Positions 17,977 to 26,296 of a DNA stretch of 64,000 nucleotides are shown here, piece after piece. Both the position numbers and the translations under genes were made by a program. The DNA comes from a virus (taxonomy: Duplodnaviria; Caudoviricetes), in the IMG/VR virus record IMGVR_UViG_3300014205_000016, positions 7,882-71,881 of that record; one strand, written 5' to 3'. The notes beneath the pieces were generated by a model that was not told where the DNA came from, did not search any database, and was given only the letters and a program-made list of their open reading frames with translations. Position 1 is the first letter of the stretch; each line of letters starts with the position of its first letter.

Positions 17977-18107
17977 ATGACTGGCGAGGATGGGCAATCA
18001 CCTATTACCGTAAGCGCCATCTGTACTACGCCGTCATGGTCGACTTCGATATTGTCTATGGGCGCTCGCTAAGGGTTTTGAAGGTCAGGATTAAAGAATC
18101 GGACTGA
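17973..18107 (+). CDS. Small hypothetical protein (44 aa)
   Basis: SD aggag, ATGA overlap; MNDWRGWAITYYRKRH... Confidence 0.5.
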   Translation: MNDWRGWAITYYRKRHLYYAVMVDFDIVYGRSLRVLKVRIKESD

Positions 18108-18128
18108 CCGTTCGTCGGCTGCAACACC

Positions 18129-18220
18129 AAACACGTCAAAACTTTGAGAAAGGTGTTGACGTGTTTTCATTCGTACTACATAATCGGCTCATCGAAACTA
18201 AACCCAGAAAGGTGATAAAG
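18129..18220 (+). promoter_or_regulatory. Hairpin-promoter-leader cassette 1
   Basis: IR aaacacgtcaa/ttgacgtgttt; TTGACG(18156)-N17-CATAAT; leader atcgaaactaaacccagaaaggtgat. Confidence 0.85.
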
Positions 18221-18586
18221 ATGAAAACCGTAACCTCCCGCACCAAGTTCCAGGTTGAGATGACCTACGACGGGCGCAAATACCGTAAAGAGTCGCCGAC
18301 CGGCTGCTGGACCACCTACCCAGTCCAACCGATGACTCTGGCTGAAGCCGAGTTTGTGTGCGCAGATCACCAATCCCGTGGCACCTGCTCCGAGTTTGAA
18401 GTCATCGACGTGGAGTTTGAAGCGGCCCAAATCGCGTTCGCTCGTGACGCCAAAAACGCCTTCCTGAGTTCGTGCGGCTATGACGAACTGACCCAGGAGC
18501 AGAAGCGCAATGCCACCGCCATCCGCAAAGAAGCTGTTGAGGTTTTCGCGGCTGCCAAGGCCGTGTTCATCGCGTCCTTCAAATAA
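18221..18586 (+). CDS. Hypothetical early protein
   Basis: ATG directly after cassette SD. Confidence 0.75.
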   Translation: MKTVTSRTKFQVEMTYDGRKYRKESPTGCWTTYPVQPMTLAEAEFVCADHQSRGTCSEFEVIDVEFEAAQIAFARDAKNAFLSSCGYDELTQEQKRNATAIRKEAVEVFAAAKAVFIASFK

Positions 18587-18590
18587 CTCC

Positions 18591-18685
18591 AAACCCGTCA
18601 ATACTTTGAAATAAGTGTTGACGGGTTCGCGCGTTTGCTTCATAATCACTCTATCGAAACAAAACAACCCAGAAAGGTGATTAAG
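18591..18685 (+). promoter_or_regulatory. Hairpin-promoter-leader cassette 2
   Basis: IR aaacccgtcaatactt/aagtgttgacgggtt; TTGACG(18618)-N17-CATAAT; leader tatcgaaacaaaacaacccagaaaggtgat. Confidence 0.9.
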
Positions 18686-18904
18686 ATGATTAAGTTAGTA
18701 GCTAAGAAAAAAGGCAAAATGATCGAAGGCAAAGGTGAGAACTACGTCAAAGCCCTCGAAAACTTCCGCGAAGTCGCGCTGACCTACGCCGAGGATCATT
18801 TCTCGGACGACGATTTGATCGGTCTTCAAATCGCCATCATCAAGGACTCGGTGACCGACTTCCTCGGCGAGCGCGGTTGGTCCATCCGCTACCTCAACGC
18901 CTAA
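18686..18904 (+). CDS. Small early protein, paralog A (72 aa)
   Basis: MIKLVAKKKGKMIEGKGENYVK...; near-identical to 19004..19255. Confidence 0.85.
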   Translation: MIKLVAKKKGKMIEGKGENYVKALENFREVALTYAEDHFSDDDLIGLQIAIIKDSVTDFLGERGWSIRYLNA

Positions 18905-18909
18905 TCGAC

Positions 18910-19003
18910 AAACCCGTCAATACTTTGAAATAAGTGTTGACGGGTTTCCATTATTGGTTCATAATCACCCTATCGAAACGAAACAGCCCAGAAAGGTGAT
19001 AAA
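18910..19003 (+). promoter_or_regulatory. Hairpin-promoter-leader cassette 3
   Basis: Same IR as cassette 2; TTGACG(18937)-N17-CATAAT; leader caccctatcgaaacgaaacagcccagaaaggtgat. Confidence 0.9.
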
Positions 19004-19255
19004 ATGATTAAGTTAGTGGCTAAGAAAAAAGGAAAAATGATTGAAGGCAAAGGCGAGACCTACGTCAAAGCCTTTGAAACCTTCGTCGAAGCCGCGATGA
19101 CCTACGCCGAGGATCACTTCTCTGATGACGATCTGATCGGTATGCAAATCGCCATCGTTAATGACTCGGTGACCGACTTCCTCGCCATCGTTAATGACTC
19201 GGTGATCGAATTCCTCGGCAAACGCGGTTGGTCCATCCGCTACCTCAACGCCTAA
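19004..19255 (+). CDS. Small early protein, paralog B (83 aa, internal 11-aa duplication)
   Basis: MIKLVAKKKGKMIEGKGETYVK...AIVNDSVTDFL-AIVNDSVIEFL. Confidence 0.85.
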   Translation: MIKLVAKKKGKMIEGKGETYVKAFETFVEAAMTYAEDHFSDDDLIGMQIAIVNDSVTDFLAIVNDSVIEFLGKRGWSIRYLNA

Positions 19256-19292
19256 TCAAAAACGGGCCTTCGGGCCCAACCTGGAGCCGATC

Positions 19293-19541
19293 ATGACCAA
19301 GCCCATCACCAAGAAAGTCACCACCTATCCCGATACCGCTGCTGGCGCCCTGGCCTGCCTGAAGGGCGAGTCTCTGTATGACGTATCCGGCGCTGTCGTC
19401 GTGCCTGACCCATTTGGCAAGGGTGTTTGGTCAGTCGTCTTTGAGTCCGGCAAGGACAAGGGCGCCCGCGTCATCGTCTATCTGTACGGCCACAGCCCAT
19501 CGGCCACCCGTGATGGCTACAATGACTTTGAGACTTGCTGA
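19293..19541 (+). CDS. Hypothetical protein
   Basis: SD ggag; follows a cTTCGg hairpin. Confidence 0.7.
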   Translation: MTKPITKKVTTYPDTAAGALACLKGESLYDVSGAVVVPDPFGKGVWSVVFESGKDKGARVIVYLYGHSPSATRDGYNDFETC

Positions 19542-19584
19542 TTGACCGTTCGTCCACCTTGGAAAAGATTCTGTGAAATAGGTG

Positions 19585-19612
19585 TTGACGTCCAGAACAG
19601 ATCGCGTATACT
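19585..19612 (+). promoter_or_regulatory. sigma70-like promoter (divergent cassette)
   Basis: aaataggtgTTGACG-N16-TATACT; downstream gggaagaaacttccc hairpin and cccagaaag. Confidence 0.7.
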
Positions 19613-19672
19613 TGGTCTCAAGAGGGAAGAAACTTCCCAGCCCAGAAAGTCCTCAGAATAGGAAGCGCTCAA

Positions 19673-20314
19673 ATGACTACCGCCATCGTAACCCGCGAAA
19701 CCATCACCACCGTAGCGATGAAAGACCTGGTTGTGTTCTACAACGCTCACAACGTCGATAAGCCAGTTGCCAAGTTCGCCGACCGCAAGACCGCCGAGCG
19801 CCGTGTCCTGGCTGTGCTGGATAGCATGGACATCATCGCAGAGCAAGGTGGCGATGTGGAAGACGGCAAGCTGGTGGACGCTCCGGTCATGAAGACTCGT
19901 GCTAGCCGCGAGGTCAATCCAGGCGCCATGCTCACCGACATCAACGCCGCGCTGGCTGAAGATGAGATCACCGAGGAAGATGCCCGCAAAGAGCTGGAGT
20001 TGCTGAAGCAAGCCAAGGCGACCGCCACCGTCAAGACCGGCGCCAAGTCCGGCCTCACCCTCAGCGCTGCCATCGCAGCCTCATGGAATGACCCTTTGGT
20101 CGCCCAGAAGCGCATGACCCGCCACGGTGTGATGGTGACCTGCAACAGCTCAACCGCTGAGTACAAAAGCGTCCGGGCTGCGTTCGCTGCCTTGGGCCTG
20201 CCTGACTCCAAGCACATCCGCTTCCGCATGCTGGTCAAGGAGCACGGCACCGCAGTATTTGAGTTCAACGGCGAGAAGTACTTGTTTGCCACAATCGCTG
20301 ACGTGGCTGAGTAA
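19673..20314 (+). CDS. Hypothetical protein, possibly DNA-binding
   Basis: LVVFYNAHNVDKPVAKFADRKTAERRV N-terminal motif; basic helical C-terminus. Confidence 0.7.
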   Translation: MTTAIVTRETITTVAMKDLVVFYNAHNVDKPVAKFADRKTAERRVLAVLDSMDIIAEQGGDVEDGKLVDAPVMKTRASREVNPGAMLTDINAALAEDEITEEDARKELELLKQAKATATVKTGAKSGLTLSAAIAASWNDPLVAQKRMTRHGVMVTCNSSTAEYKSVRAAFAALGLPDSKHIRFRMLVKEHGTAVFEFNGEKYLFATIADVAE

Positions 20315-20317
20315 GCC

Positions 20318-20407
20318 GACGAACGGTCGCTCAAAGTTGTTGACGACTTTGAGCGACCGATGTACAATCACCCTATCGAAACGAAATAACCCAGAAAGGT
20401 GATTGAG
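20318..20407 (+). promoter_or_regulatory. Hairpin-promoter-leader cassette 4
   Basis: IR cggtcgctcaaag/ctttgagcgaccg with -35 in loop; TTGACG(20340)-N17-TACAAT; leader caccctatcgaaacgaaataacccagaaaggtgat. Confidence 0.9.
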
Positions 20408-20818
20408 ATGAAAGCATTCAACAAAGGCCAAGCAGTTATCCACTTCGCCTACTATGACCGCAAAGGCACCTGGTGCTTCACCCGTGCAATCGTCAAATCC
20501 TGTGGTGCAAAGAAGATGACTCTGGAGAACGCTGACACCGGCGTAATGATGGGGAACAACTTCGAACCAAATGCCGATACCACCTATGAGGTGACTTGGC
20601 AAGGTGTTTCTTCTGTACGCGCCAAGTTGAGCTTCACACTCGCTGATATGCCCGATGAAGAGGCGCACGCCACCTGCCTCAAGCACGCAGCGCTGGAGTT
20701 GATCGACCTGCATGAGCACTTTGATGGCTGCATCGAGCGCAGCACTGATGAGCGTTACAGCGCCGCTATTGAACGCAGCCGCGCCGAACTCCATGAGCCT
20801 CGCTCTCTGAAACGATAA
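20408..20818 (+). CDS. Hypothetical early protein
   Basis: ATG directly after cassette SD. Confidence 0.75.
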   Translation: MKAFNKGQAVIHFAYYDRKGTWCFTRAIVKSCGAKKMTLENADTGVMMGNNFEPNADTTYEVTWQGVSSVRAKLSFTLADMPDEEAHATCLKHAALELIDLHEHFDGCIERSTDERYSAAIERSRAELHEPRSLKR

Positions 20819-20826
20819 TCTGAGGC

Positions 20827-20916
20827 GACGAACGGTCACTCAAAGGTGTTGACTACTTTGGGTGACCGACGTACAATCACCCTATCGAAACGAAATAACC
20901 CAGAAAGGTGATTGAA
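20827..20916 (+). promoter_or_regulatory. Hairpin-promoter-leader cassette 5
   Basis: IR cggtcactcaaag/ctttgggtgaccg; TTGACT(20849)-N17-TACAAT; leader identical to cassette 4. Confidence 0.9.
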
Positions 20917-21096
20917 ATGGCAACTTCCAAACTCTCCATCGCGGTATCGGCCTTCATGAAAGACGAGGCGACCGCCAAGCAGACCGCCCTTGTGATGGAT
21001 GCTTACCACTCCGACGAGAACGAGGCCATTGTGGTGGCCTGCTCTGATGCCAAGGTCAAATACATGGCCCTGGTCAACGCTATCAAATCCGTGTAA
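20917..21096 (+). CDS. Small early protein
   Basis: ATG directly after cassette SD. Confidence 0.7.
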   Translation: MATSKLSIAVSAFMKDEATAKQTALVMDAYHSDENEAIVVACSDAKVKYMALVNAIKSV

Positions 21097-21121
21097 CCAA
21101 CTCGATCTAAGGAGCAGGACC

Positions 21122-21325
21122 ATGAACCGTTTGATTATCGAGCACCAAGAAGACGCCACCGGTCAATCGGTGGATGAATACTGCTCCCAGGTCGACTTGG
21201 AGCAGTCCATGCAAGAGCGCGAGTTCATCGACGGCCTGATCTTCATCGGCCTCGTCGTCGGCTCCACCGTGGTCTCTGCCACTCTGATCAGCCTCACCGT
21301 TCGGGCACTTGGGTGGTGGGTATGA
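21122..21325 (+). CDS. Small membrane protein
   Basis: SD aaggag; C-terminal TM segment. Confidence 0.65.
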   Translation: MNRLIIEHQEDATGQSVDEYCSQVDLEQSMQEREFIDGLIFIGLVVGSTVVSATLISLTVRALGWWV

Positions 21326-21528
21326 GTAAGGCCAAGAGTAAGGCCAAAGAGCCAATCCTGCTGATGTTGTGGGGTTCCAAGCCTGGATCGCTCCAGTTCG
21401 AGTTCGAGCGTCGCGCCGTCAACCTGATGAACCTCAAGCCAGGTCTGTTCGCCATCAACTCTGACCTGACACGCTACATTAACCCAAAAGTCCAGTGGCT
21501 CTGGACGCAGTTCCAGAAGGGAGAGTGA
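21322..21528 (+). CDS. Small hypothetical protein
   Basis: ATGA overlap. Confidence 0.6.
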   Translation: MSKAKSKAKEPILLMLWGSKPGSLQFEFERRAVNLMNLKPGLFAINSDLTRYINPKVQWLWTQFQKGE

Positions 21529-21529
21529 G

Positions 21530-21733
21530 GTGGACATCGACAAAGCAGCCTCGACATTTGTGCTCCAAGGCAATAACCTCAGTCGCATGGTCGTCGCGGC
21601 AAACCGTAACGATATGTTTGAAGTCACCATCTTGTCGAACCAAATAGACGAAACGCGGCGAGCCCTGGACAGGCTATCAAACGAGGTCGATTTGAAGTTG
21701 GCTCAGTTGAAGCAAAAGGCCCGCCAAATCTAA
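21530..21733 (+). CDS. Small coiled-coil protein
   Basis: GTG start after SD gagg; followed by terminator. Confidence 0.6.
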   Translation: MDIDKAASTFVLQGNNLSRMVVAANRNDMFEVTILSNQIDETRRALDRLSNEVDLKLAQLKQKARQI

Positions 21734-21740
21734 CCTCCCA

Positions 21741-21785
21741 AAACAAAGGCGCGACCCTGTGAAGGTGTCGCGCCTTTGTCGTTTC
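21741..21785. terminator. Intrinsic terminator, probably bidirectional
   Basis: acaaaggcgcgac...gtcgcgcctttgt-cgtttc ending the plus-strand early block. Confidence 0.75.
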
Positions 21786-21899
21786 TGACTGTCTATCTCG
21801 AATCGCTACAACACCACTCCAAGCCTCAGCACCATCGACCCGCTACCCTTGCCTAGACCGACCGGCGATCACCACCAGGAGGCATGTTAGCGGATGTTA

Positions 21900-22412
21900 T
21901 CAATGGACTATCGTTGGCTCCTGACCCGGCAAATCGGCCTGATCCACCGAAACCTCCGTTTTCCCACCCTCGGCTGCATAGAAGTCCGCCAAGTTGCGAC
22001 CGGCTTTGGTCTTCCCGCTTTCGTCAACGATAGTGATGTTGGCAATAACGTTGAGTTCCTTGATGGCCGACATGCGGGCGGATTCCTTCGCGAACCGATC
22101 ACGCACTAACGATAGCAACTCATGGACGGCCACTTTTGGGTTCCACATCTCATGGACGGGCGTGGCTTCCAATACTCGGTTGAACTCCCGCTTGTAGTAA
22201 GGGTTCATTTCAATCGAGTAAATGCGAGCCTGAGCCATGTTGTCGTTGTATTCGTCGCCCAACACCATCCGATATGCAACAAACTGACTGATGCCTCGAA
22301 CGCGCAGTTCAATGATCTCATCGAATATCTGTTTGTTGTGAGACGCGAAAGTCTCCGACGCGAAGTCGGACGGAGTTGCTATTCTGCTGTCGTGCAGGTC
22401 ATCGTTGCTCAT
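21900..22412 (-). CDS. terS: Putative terminase small subunit
   Basis: Helical N-terminal region and LLSLVRDRFAKESARMSAIKELNVIANI oligomerisation-like segment; start set at MSNDDL (22412) because the upstream extension is low-complexity. Confidence 0.6.
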   Translation of the reverse strand: MSNDDLHDSRIATPSDFASETFASHNKQIFDEIIELRVRGISQFVAYRMVLGDEYNDNMAQARIYSIEMNPYYKREFNRVLEATPVHEMWNPKVAVHELLSLVRDRFAKESARMSAIKELNVIANITIVDESGKTKAGRNLADFYAAEGGKTEVSVDQADLPGQEPTIVH

Positions 22413-22764
22413 TTGCTTTGCCCGTCTGGTGAAGTTCGGACGGCCTCGGTTGGTGGTGAGAGCCGCGTGGTGATCGTGGGTTGAGTATACCTCGTTGAGC
22501 CCTGTGGCGTCTATTGGACGATGATTGTAGGGCGTGGGGTTGCCTGGTGATTGATGCGATTGTGGCTGTATGGATGTTGTAGGTGGGTTAGGTTGTGTTA
22601 ATGGGTGGTGGTCGCTGGCGTTGATTGTGGGCCGCTGGTTGGTGGTGCTCAATGTCGGTGTCGAGTGTGATGGACGGAGGCTGCGACGATGGCGTTATTT
22701 GTCGCAAACTGTGTGACGGCGTGGGCTTGCCGCAAGTCGTGGTCAAGGTTTTGTTTGAGGTCAA

Positions 22765-23070
22765 GGTGGGATCGCCGCCGAGGGAAGTTGTCGATTAATG
22801 TAAGAGTGTGGCGGGCCGCAAGTCTTGAAAATCTAATACCTATAACTTACCTATATATCGGGAATATTATAGAAATTAGATATACATAAGACAGGCTGTA
22901 TATCGTCTTGAAACGATATAGGTATACCCTATATCTCTGGAGTACTCATCGATTCTGCCGACGAGTTAGTAACCTTTGCATATAATTTCAGCACGCGGCC
23001 ACATCTACGCACCTCAGCGGCTAGTCGCCTAACTAGTCGCCTGCAAAGCCAGTTTTGCTCCCGGGAAGTT
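22765..23070. repeat. Conserved non-coding element, copy 2 (copy 1 at 1104-1387)
   Basis: Blocks at 22765-22794, 22836-22861 (26/26 identical to 1175-1200) and 23045-23070; first two blocks 71 bp apart in both copies. Confidence 0.85.
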
Positions 23071-23222
23071 AAAATATGTCTTATCAAGACGAATTCCTAT
23101 TTACACATTGACTTTCGACCAAACAGCGTACACTCCGTACACCCATCAAACACAGCGGCTCGAATCGCAGACAAAAAGAAGCCGCGCAAGCAACACGCGG
23201 CCACAGTCAAACAACCAATAAT

Positions 23223-23609
23223 CTAGCGTAAGTAGTCTTTCTTCACTTTCAAAGGCGTCGGATTGACTCTCCTTTTATTCAGCCGTTCCTCCCTCATTCG
23301 CGCCGTTTCTTTATAAACTAACACAATACGCGGAATGTCCCAATGCGTCTCAACTTTGCACGCAACATGAAATGGCACGACTCCGGCCAACCAACGGCGA
23401 ATGTCGTCAGGCCATCGTGTGATGTTTTCCCATTGGCGTCCGCTACCCTTCAGCTTCTCGTCAGTAACGAAAACCTGAAATTCACGGTCCTGCAAGTTGT
23501 TGCGGAGGTCAAATATAAACCCTTGAAAACGGAATCGCTTGAATCCATAATCACGGCATATATCACGCATCTTCTTGAGTGTAACTTTCCCCATTACATA
23601 ATCGACCAT
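23223..23609 (-). CDS. Basic hypothetical protein
   Basis: 128 aa, K/R-rich; FRFQGFIFDLR motif. Confidence 0.6.
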   Translation of the reverse strand: MVDYVMGKVTLKKMRDICRDYGFKRFRFQGFIFDLRNNLQDREFQVFVTDEKLKGSGRQWENITRWPDDIRRWLAGVVPFHVACKVETHWDIPRIVLVYKETARMREERLNKRRVNPTPLKVKKDYLR

Positions 23610-23617
23610 ATCAACCC

Positions 23618-23905
23618 CTATGGAAGCCTATTCCAAGTCCACCAACCATCCTCGCTCTGTCCATGTTCTGGATACATCACGATACCCTTCTCAAGCTTGA
23701 ATGAGTTGATTAGTATCGCGGCATCACGACGACTAATCAACTCACCATTAACCTTGACAGGCCCGGTGAAGTCTCCGAACTTGGCATCACGGAAGTCAAA
23801 CAAATGCCCGCGTATGAACACCCGACCAATCTTGTGGCACAGACATGTGCGCATCAACTTCATGATCGTTACGCGGCCTTCCAAGCGTGCAGTTCGTCCG
23901 GGCAT
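23618..23905 (-). CDS. Hypothetical protein (possible paralog of 23223..23609)
   Basis: VFIRGHLFDFR motif. Confidence 0.55.
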   Translation of the reverse strand: MPGRTARLEGRVTIMKLMRTCLCHKIGRVFIRGHLFDFRDAKFGDFTGPVKVNGELISRRDAAILINSFKLEKGIVMYPEHGQSEDGWWTWNRLP

Positions 23906-23909
23906 ACAA

Positions 23910-25250
23910 CTATACCTCTTGGTGCGGAGCGTTGCTAATCTCCCATTCGCGGCGACGGTCGGCCTTCACCGCTGCGTACCACTTGTTGTAATAGCCTGGG
24001 TGCTCCAGGAATCGAGCAAGCGTCAAGCCTGGGACGTCAATCGCAATCTCATTCAGACAGCGATTAGCGGCCATCATGAGCAGATCGAACTCCGACCCAA
24101 ACCCGAGATCGATGGTCTCAACCTCAGCATCAGGCGAGCCTTTTGGGGAGCGATCACGATGGGCCAGCTCCATGTCCGCTATCTGCCGTCCCAGCTCACT
24201 TGTATCGGCAATACTCGATACGTTATACTCGGTATCACCCGTGGTGATCTGGTGACAACTTACAATCTCCATCTTCAACCCGGCCGTCGCCAAGTCGCCC
24301 GCTTGTTTGTATTCGATCACAACGCTGATGTCCTTGTCAGGACCGGCCTTATCGAAACCAATCTCCATTACTCGACATAGGTCTTGAATGTTAAGTTTGC
24401 TGGAGGCCAGTTCGTCAGTATAGCTATTGGACGGCCGCGCCGTCTCTTCAGTCGCCATGTCGCGATCAACGAACGCGGTGTGCCACTCCCACACGCCGTT
24501 GATCTGATCCAGGTAAATCGAATCCAAACGGCGTTTGCCTTGCTTGGTGATGAACTCCGTCGACAGATCGTCAATGGTGACTTTCTTGTTGCCTTTATAG
24601 AAGTCGCGCAGGAAGGCCGTGCTGTCTGAAAAGGGAAGGCTGATGACTTCGCCATCCACCACAACGACCTTGCCGCCTGATGCCCGAACGACGGACACCA
24701 ACTCGTTGAATTTGACCGGGTCCGACTCGAACACGTGTTCACGTTTTGCTTGCTGTTCTGTGATGCGATCCATGAAACGATCCTCGATTGATTGCTGTCT
24801 GGTTTTGGGTGCTGCCTTCGGTGGAACAGCTGGGCGCTTCCACGACACAGGCGGGGTGTTAATGTTGATGCCTTCTCGCGCCGGGCCTGAAAGCACCTTC
24901 ACGCCGTCATCACCGAACGAGCAACGGAAGTCACCACCTGCTGTTGCAACCGTCCTTTCATCGCGCTTCTTTTGCCAGTCTTGGGCCCAAGCATGCTCGA
25001 ACAAAACAGCGGCATTGATTCCGCAGTACCAGCGGCCGAACGCGCCAAGCCAGCCCTTATAGTCGGTACGGGCGACCGCCACCCAATCCGCTTTCGCCTG
25101 GGCTTTACGGGTGCAACTCTTGCAGATGTAGTCGCTGCGCGATACACGGGCACGTATCGGGCCTGTACTCAAAAACTTATCCAGACCAATCTCATCGTCG
25201 CCCTCGATGACTTCATTGCGACACTTGCTGCAATTAAAGATGATGACCAT
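23910..25250 (-). CDS. Hypothetical protein (446 aa)
   Basis: Long ORF in tightly packed minus-strand run; N-terminal CSKC/CKSC. Confidence 0.7.
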   Translation of the reverse strand: MVIIFNCSKCRNEVIEGDDEIGLDKFLSTGPIRARVSRSDYICKSCTRKAQAKADWVAVARTDYKGWLGAFGRWYCGINAAVLFEHAWAQDWQKKRDERTVATAGGDFRCSFGDDGVKVLSGPAREGININTPPVSWKRPAVPPKAAPKTRQQSIEDRFMDRITEQQAKREHVFESDPVKFNELVSVVRASGGKVVVVDGEVISLPFSDSTAFLRDFYKGNKKVTIDDLSTEFITKQGKRRLDSIYLDQINGVWEWHTAFVDRDMATEETARPSNSYTDELASSKLNIQDLCRVMEIGFDKAGPDKDISVVIEYKQAGDLATAGLKMEIVSCHQITTGDTEYNVSSIADTSELGRQIADMELAHRDRSPKGSPDAEVETIDLGFGSEFDLLMMAANRCLNEIAIDVPGLTLARFLEHPGYYNKWYAAVKADRRREWEISNAPHQEV

Positions 25251-25253
25251 GGG

Positions 25254-26294
25254 TTACTCCGTAGGGCCGGAAACGGCGCGGATAATGCTCATGACGCCCA
25301 CCTGGACATCGCTTACGCCACGATCAAGCCAACCGTAGCCGTCTGCATCGCAGAACTCCGTATAAGCCTTATACGCAGCCGCCTGAGCCTCGGTCAACTC
25401 GTGGTCGACGTCATGGCATGGGTTGGCGTCGCAAGTGGCCCTGAGTCGCTTCTGCTTGGCCAGTAGATAGTTTTTGGTGCTGTTGGCGAGCGATATCAGC
25501 TCGCGCCGCGCCGTCTTGATACGGCTGATCAACTCCACCTGCTCGTCGTCCAGCGGGTTGCCGCTGATGTTGACGTGGAGCGCCAAGTCCGGCGTGTCCT
25601 TGGCGAACGCCTGGTCTTCAATGTTACGCAACAGGCCGAGGATGGCCTGGGCCGATTCCGCGTGTTGACCAGAAAGGTTATTGGCGATCTCACCACGAAT
25701 CTGCGCGCAGGCCTGGACGATGGATTCACCTTTGGAGGCGTCTTTCTTGACGGTGGCTGGCTGGTGCAACAGGTCGACGATTGCGTCAGCGGTGGGCTGC
25801 ATCTTTTCTTCAGCGGTCGGTTGAGGTGGTGCGAAAGGTTTCAGACCGGCGTCGATGCGCGCTTGGTCTTCTGCCGAGTATCGCCGCGCCGGTTTATCGA
25901 GCGCATCAGCAGGCTCACCATGGAGACGTGGCGGCACCTGGATGGACGCTGTCACCGGGCGAGGCTTCATCTTCTCGTTGATGCAACCAAGCATGTACTC
26001 GGCCACAGCTTTCAGGTCTGTGGATGCCGACTTCACCGTGCCATCGGGCGTATCCGTTTTGACGATATCCAGCATGACCGCTGCGTCGGTGACGATGGCA
26101 AAATACCCTTTGATATTCGCTTCCGACTGGAACGATTCACGCGTGAACCTTCGCGCTTCAACTGATAGCTTGCGAAGGTTCTTGATGACGCGATCAACCA
26201 TTGAATCCGGCTCGCGGGGAACCGTCTCCAAGTCCAGAGCGATTGCGTCAACGGAAAGGATTGCGTCTTTAAGGTTGTTGGCTGTCTTGGTCAT
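25254..26294 (-). CDS. Hypothetical protein
   Basis: Start MTKTANNL (26294), just after upstream stop at 26297. Confidence 0.7.
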   Translation of the reverse strand: MTKTANNLKDAILSVDAIALDLETVPREPDSMVDRVIKNLRKLSVEARRFTRESFQSEANIKGYFAIVTDAAVMLDIVKTDTPDGTVKSASTDLKAVAEYMLGCINEKMKPRPVTASIQVPPRLHGEPADALDKPARRYSAEDQARIDAGLKPFAPPQPTAEEKMQPTADAIVDLLHQPATVKKDASKGESIVQACAQIRGEIANNLSGQHAESAQAILGLLRNIEDQAFAKDTPDLALHVNISGNPLDDEQVELISRIKTARRELISLANSTKNYLLAKQKRLRATCDANPCHDVDHELTEAQAAAYKAYTEFCDADGYGWLDRGVSDVQVGVMSIIRAVSGPTE

Positions 26295-26296
26295 GC

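Noticed and set aside
19263-19278. gggcc-ttcg-ggccc hairpin as a plus-strand terminator
   Set aside because: No downstream U-tract; more likely a stabilising UUCG hairpin or a minus-strand terminator
18129-21096. CRISPR array interpretation of the repeated ~35-40-bp leader
   Set aside because: Repeats are separated by 300-900 bp of ORF-containing DNA of variable length, contain promoter and SD motifs, and no cas genes are present
22413-22652. 80-aa N-terminal extension of the terS-like ORF
   Set aside because: Low-complexity P/T/H/N translation of the C/A-rich non-coding tract; folded-looking sequence starts at MSNDDL
23343-24380. 345-aa plus-strand ORF
   Set aside because: Overlaps three coupled minus-strand genes; no SD or recognisable domain
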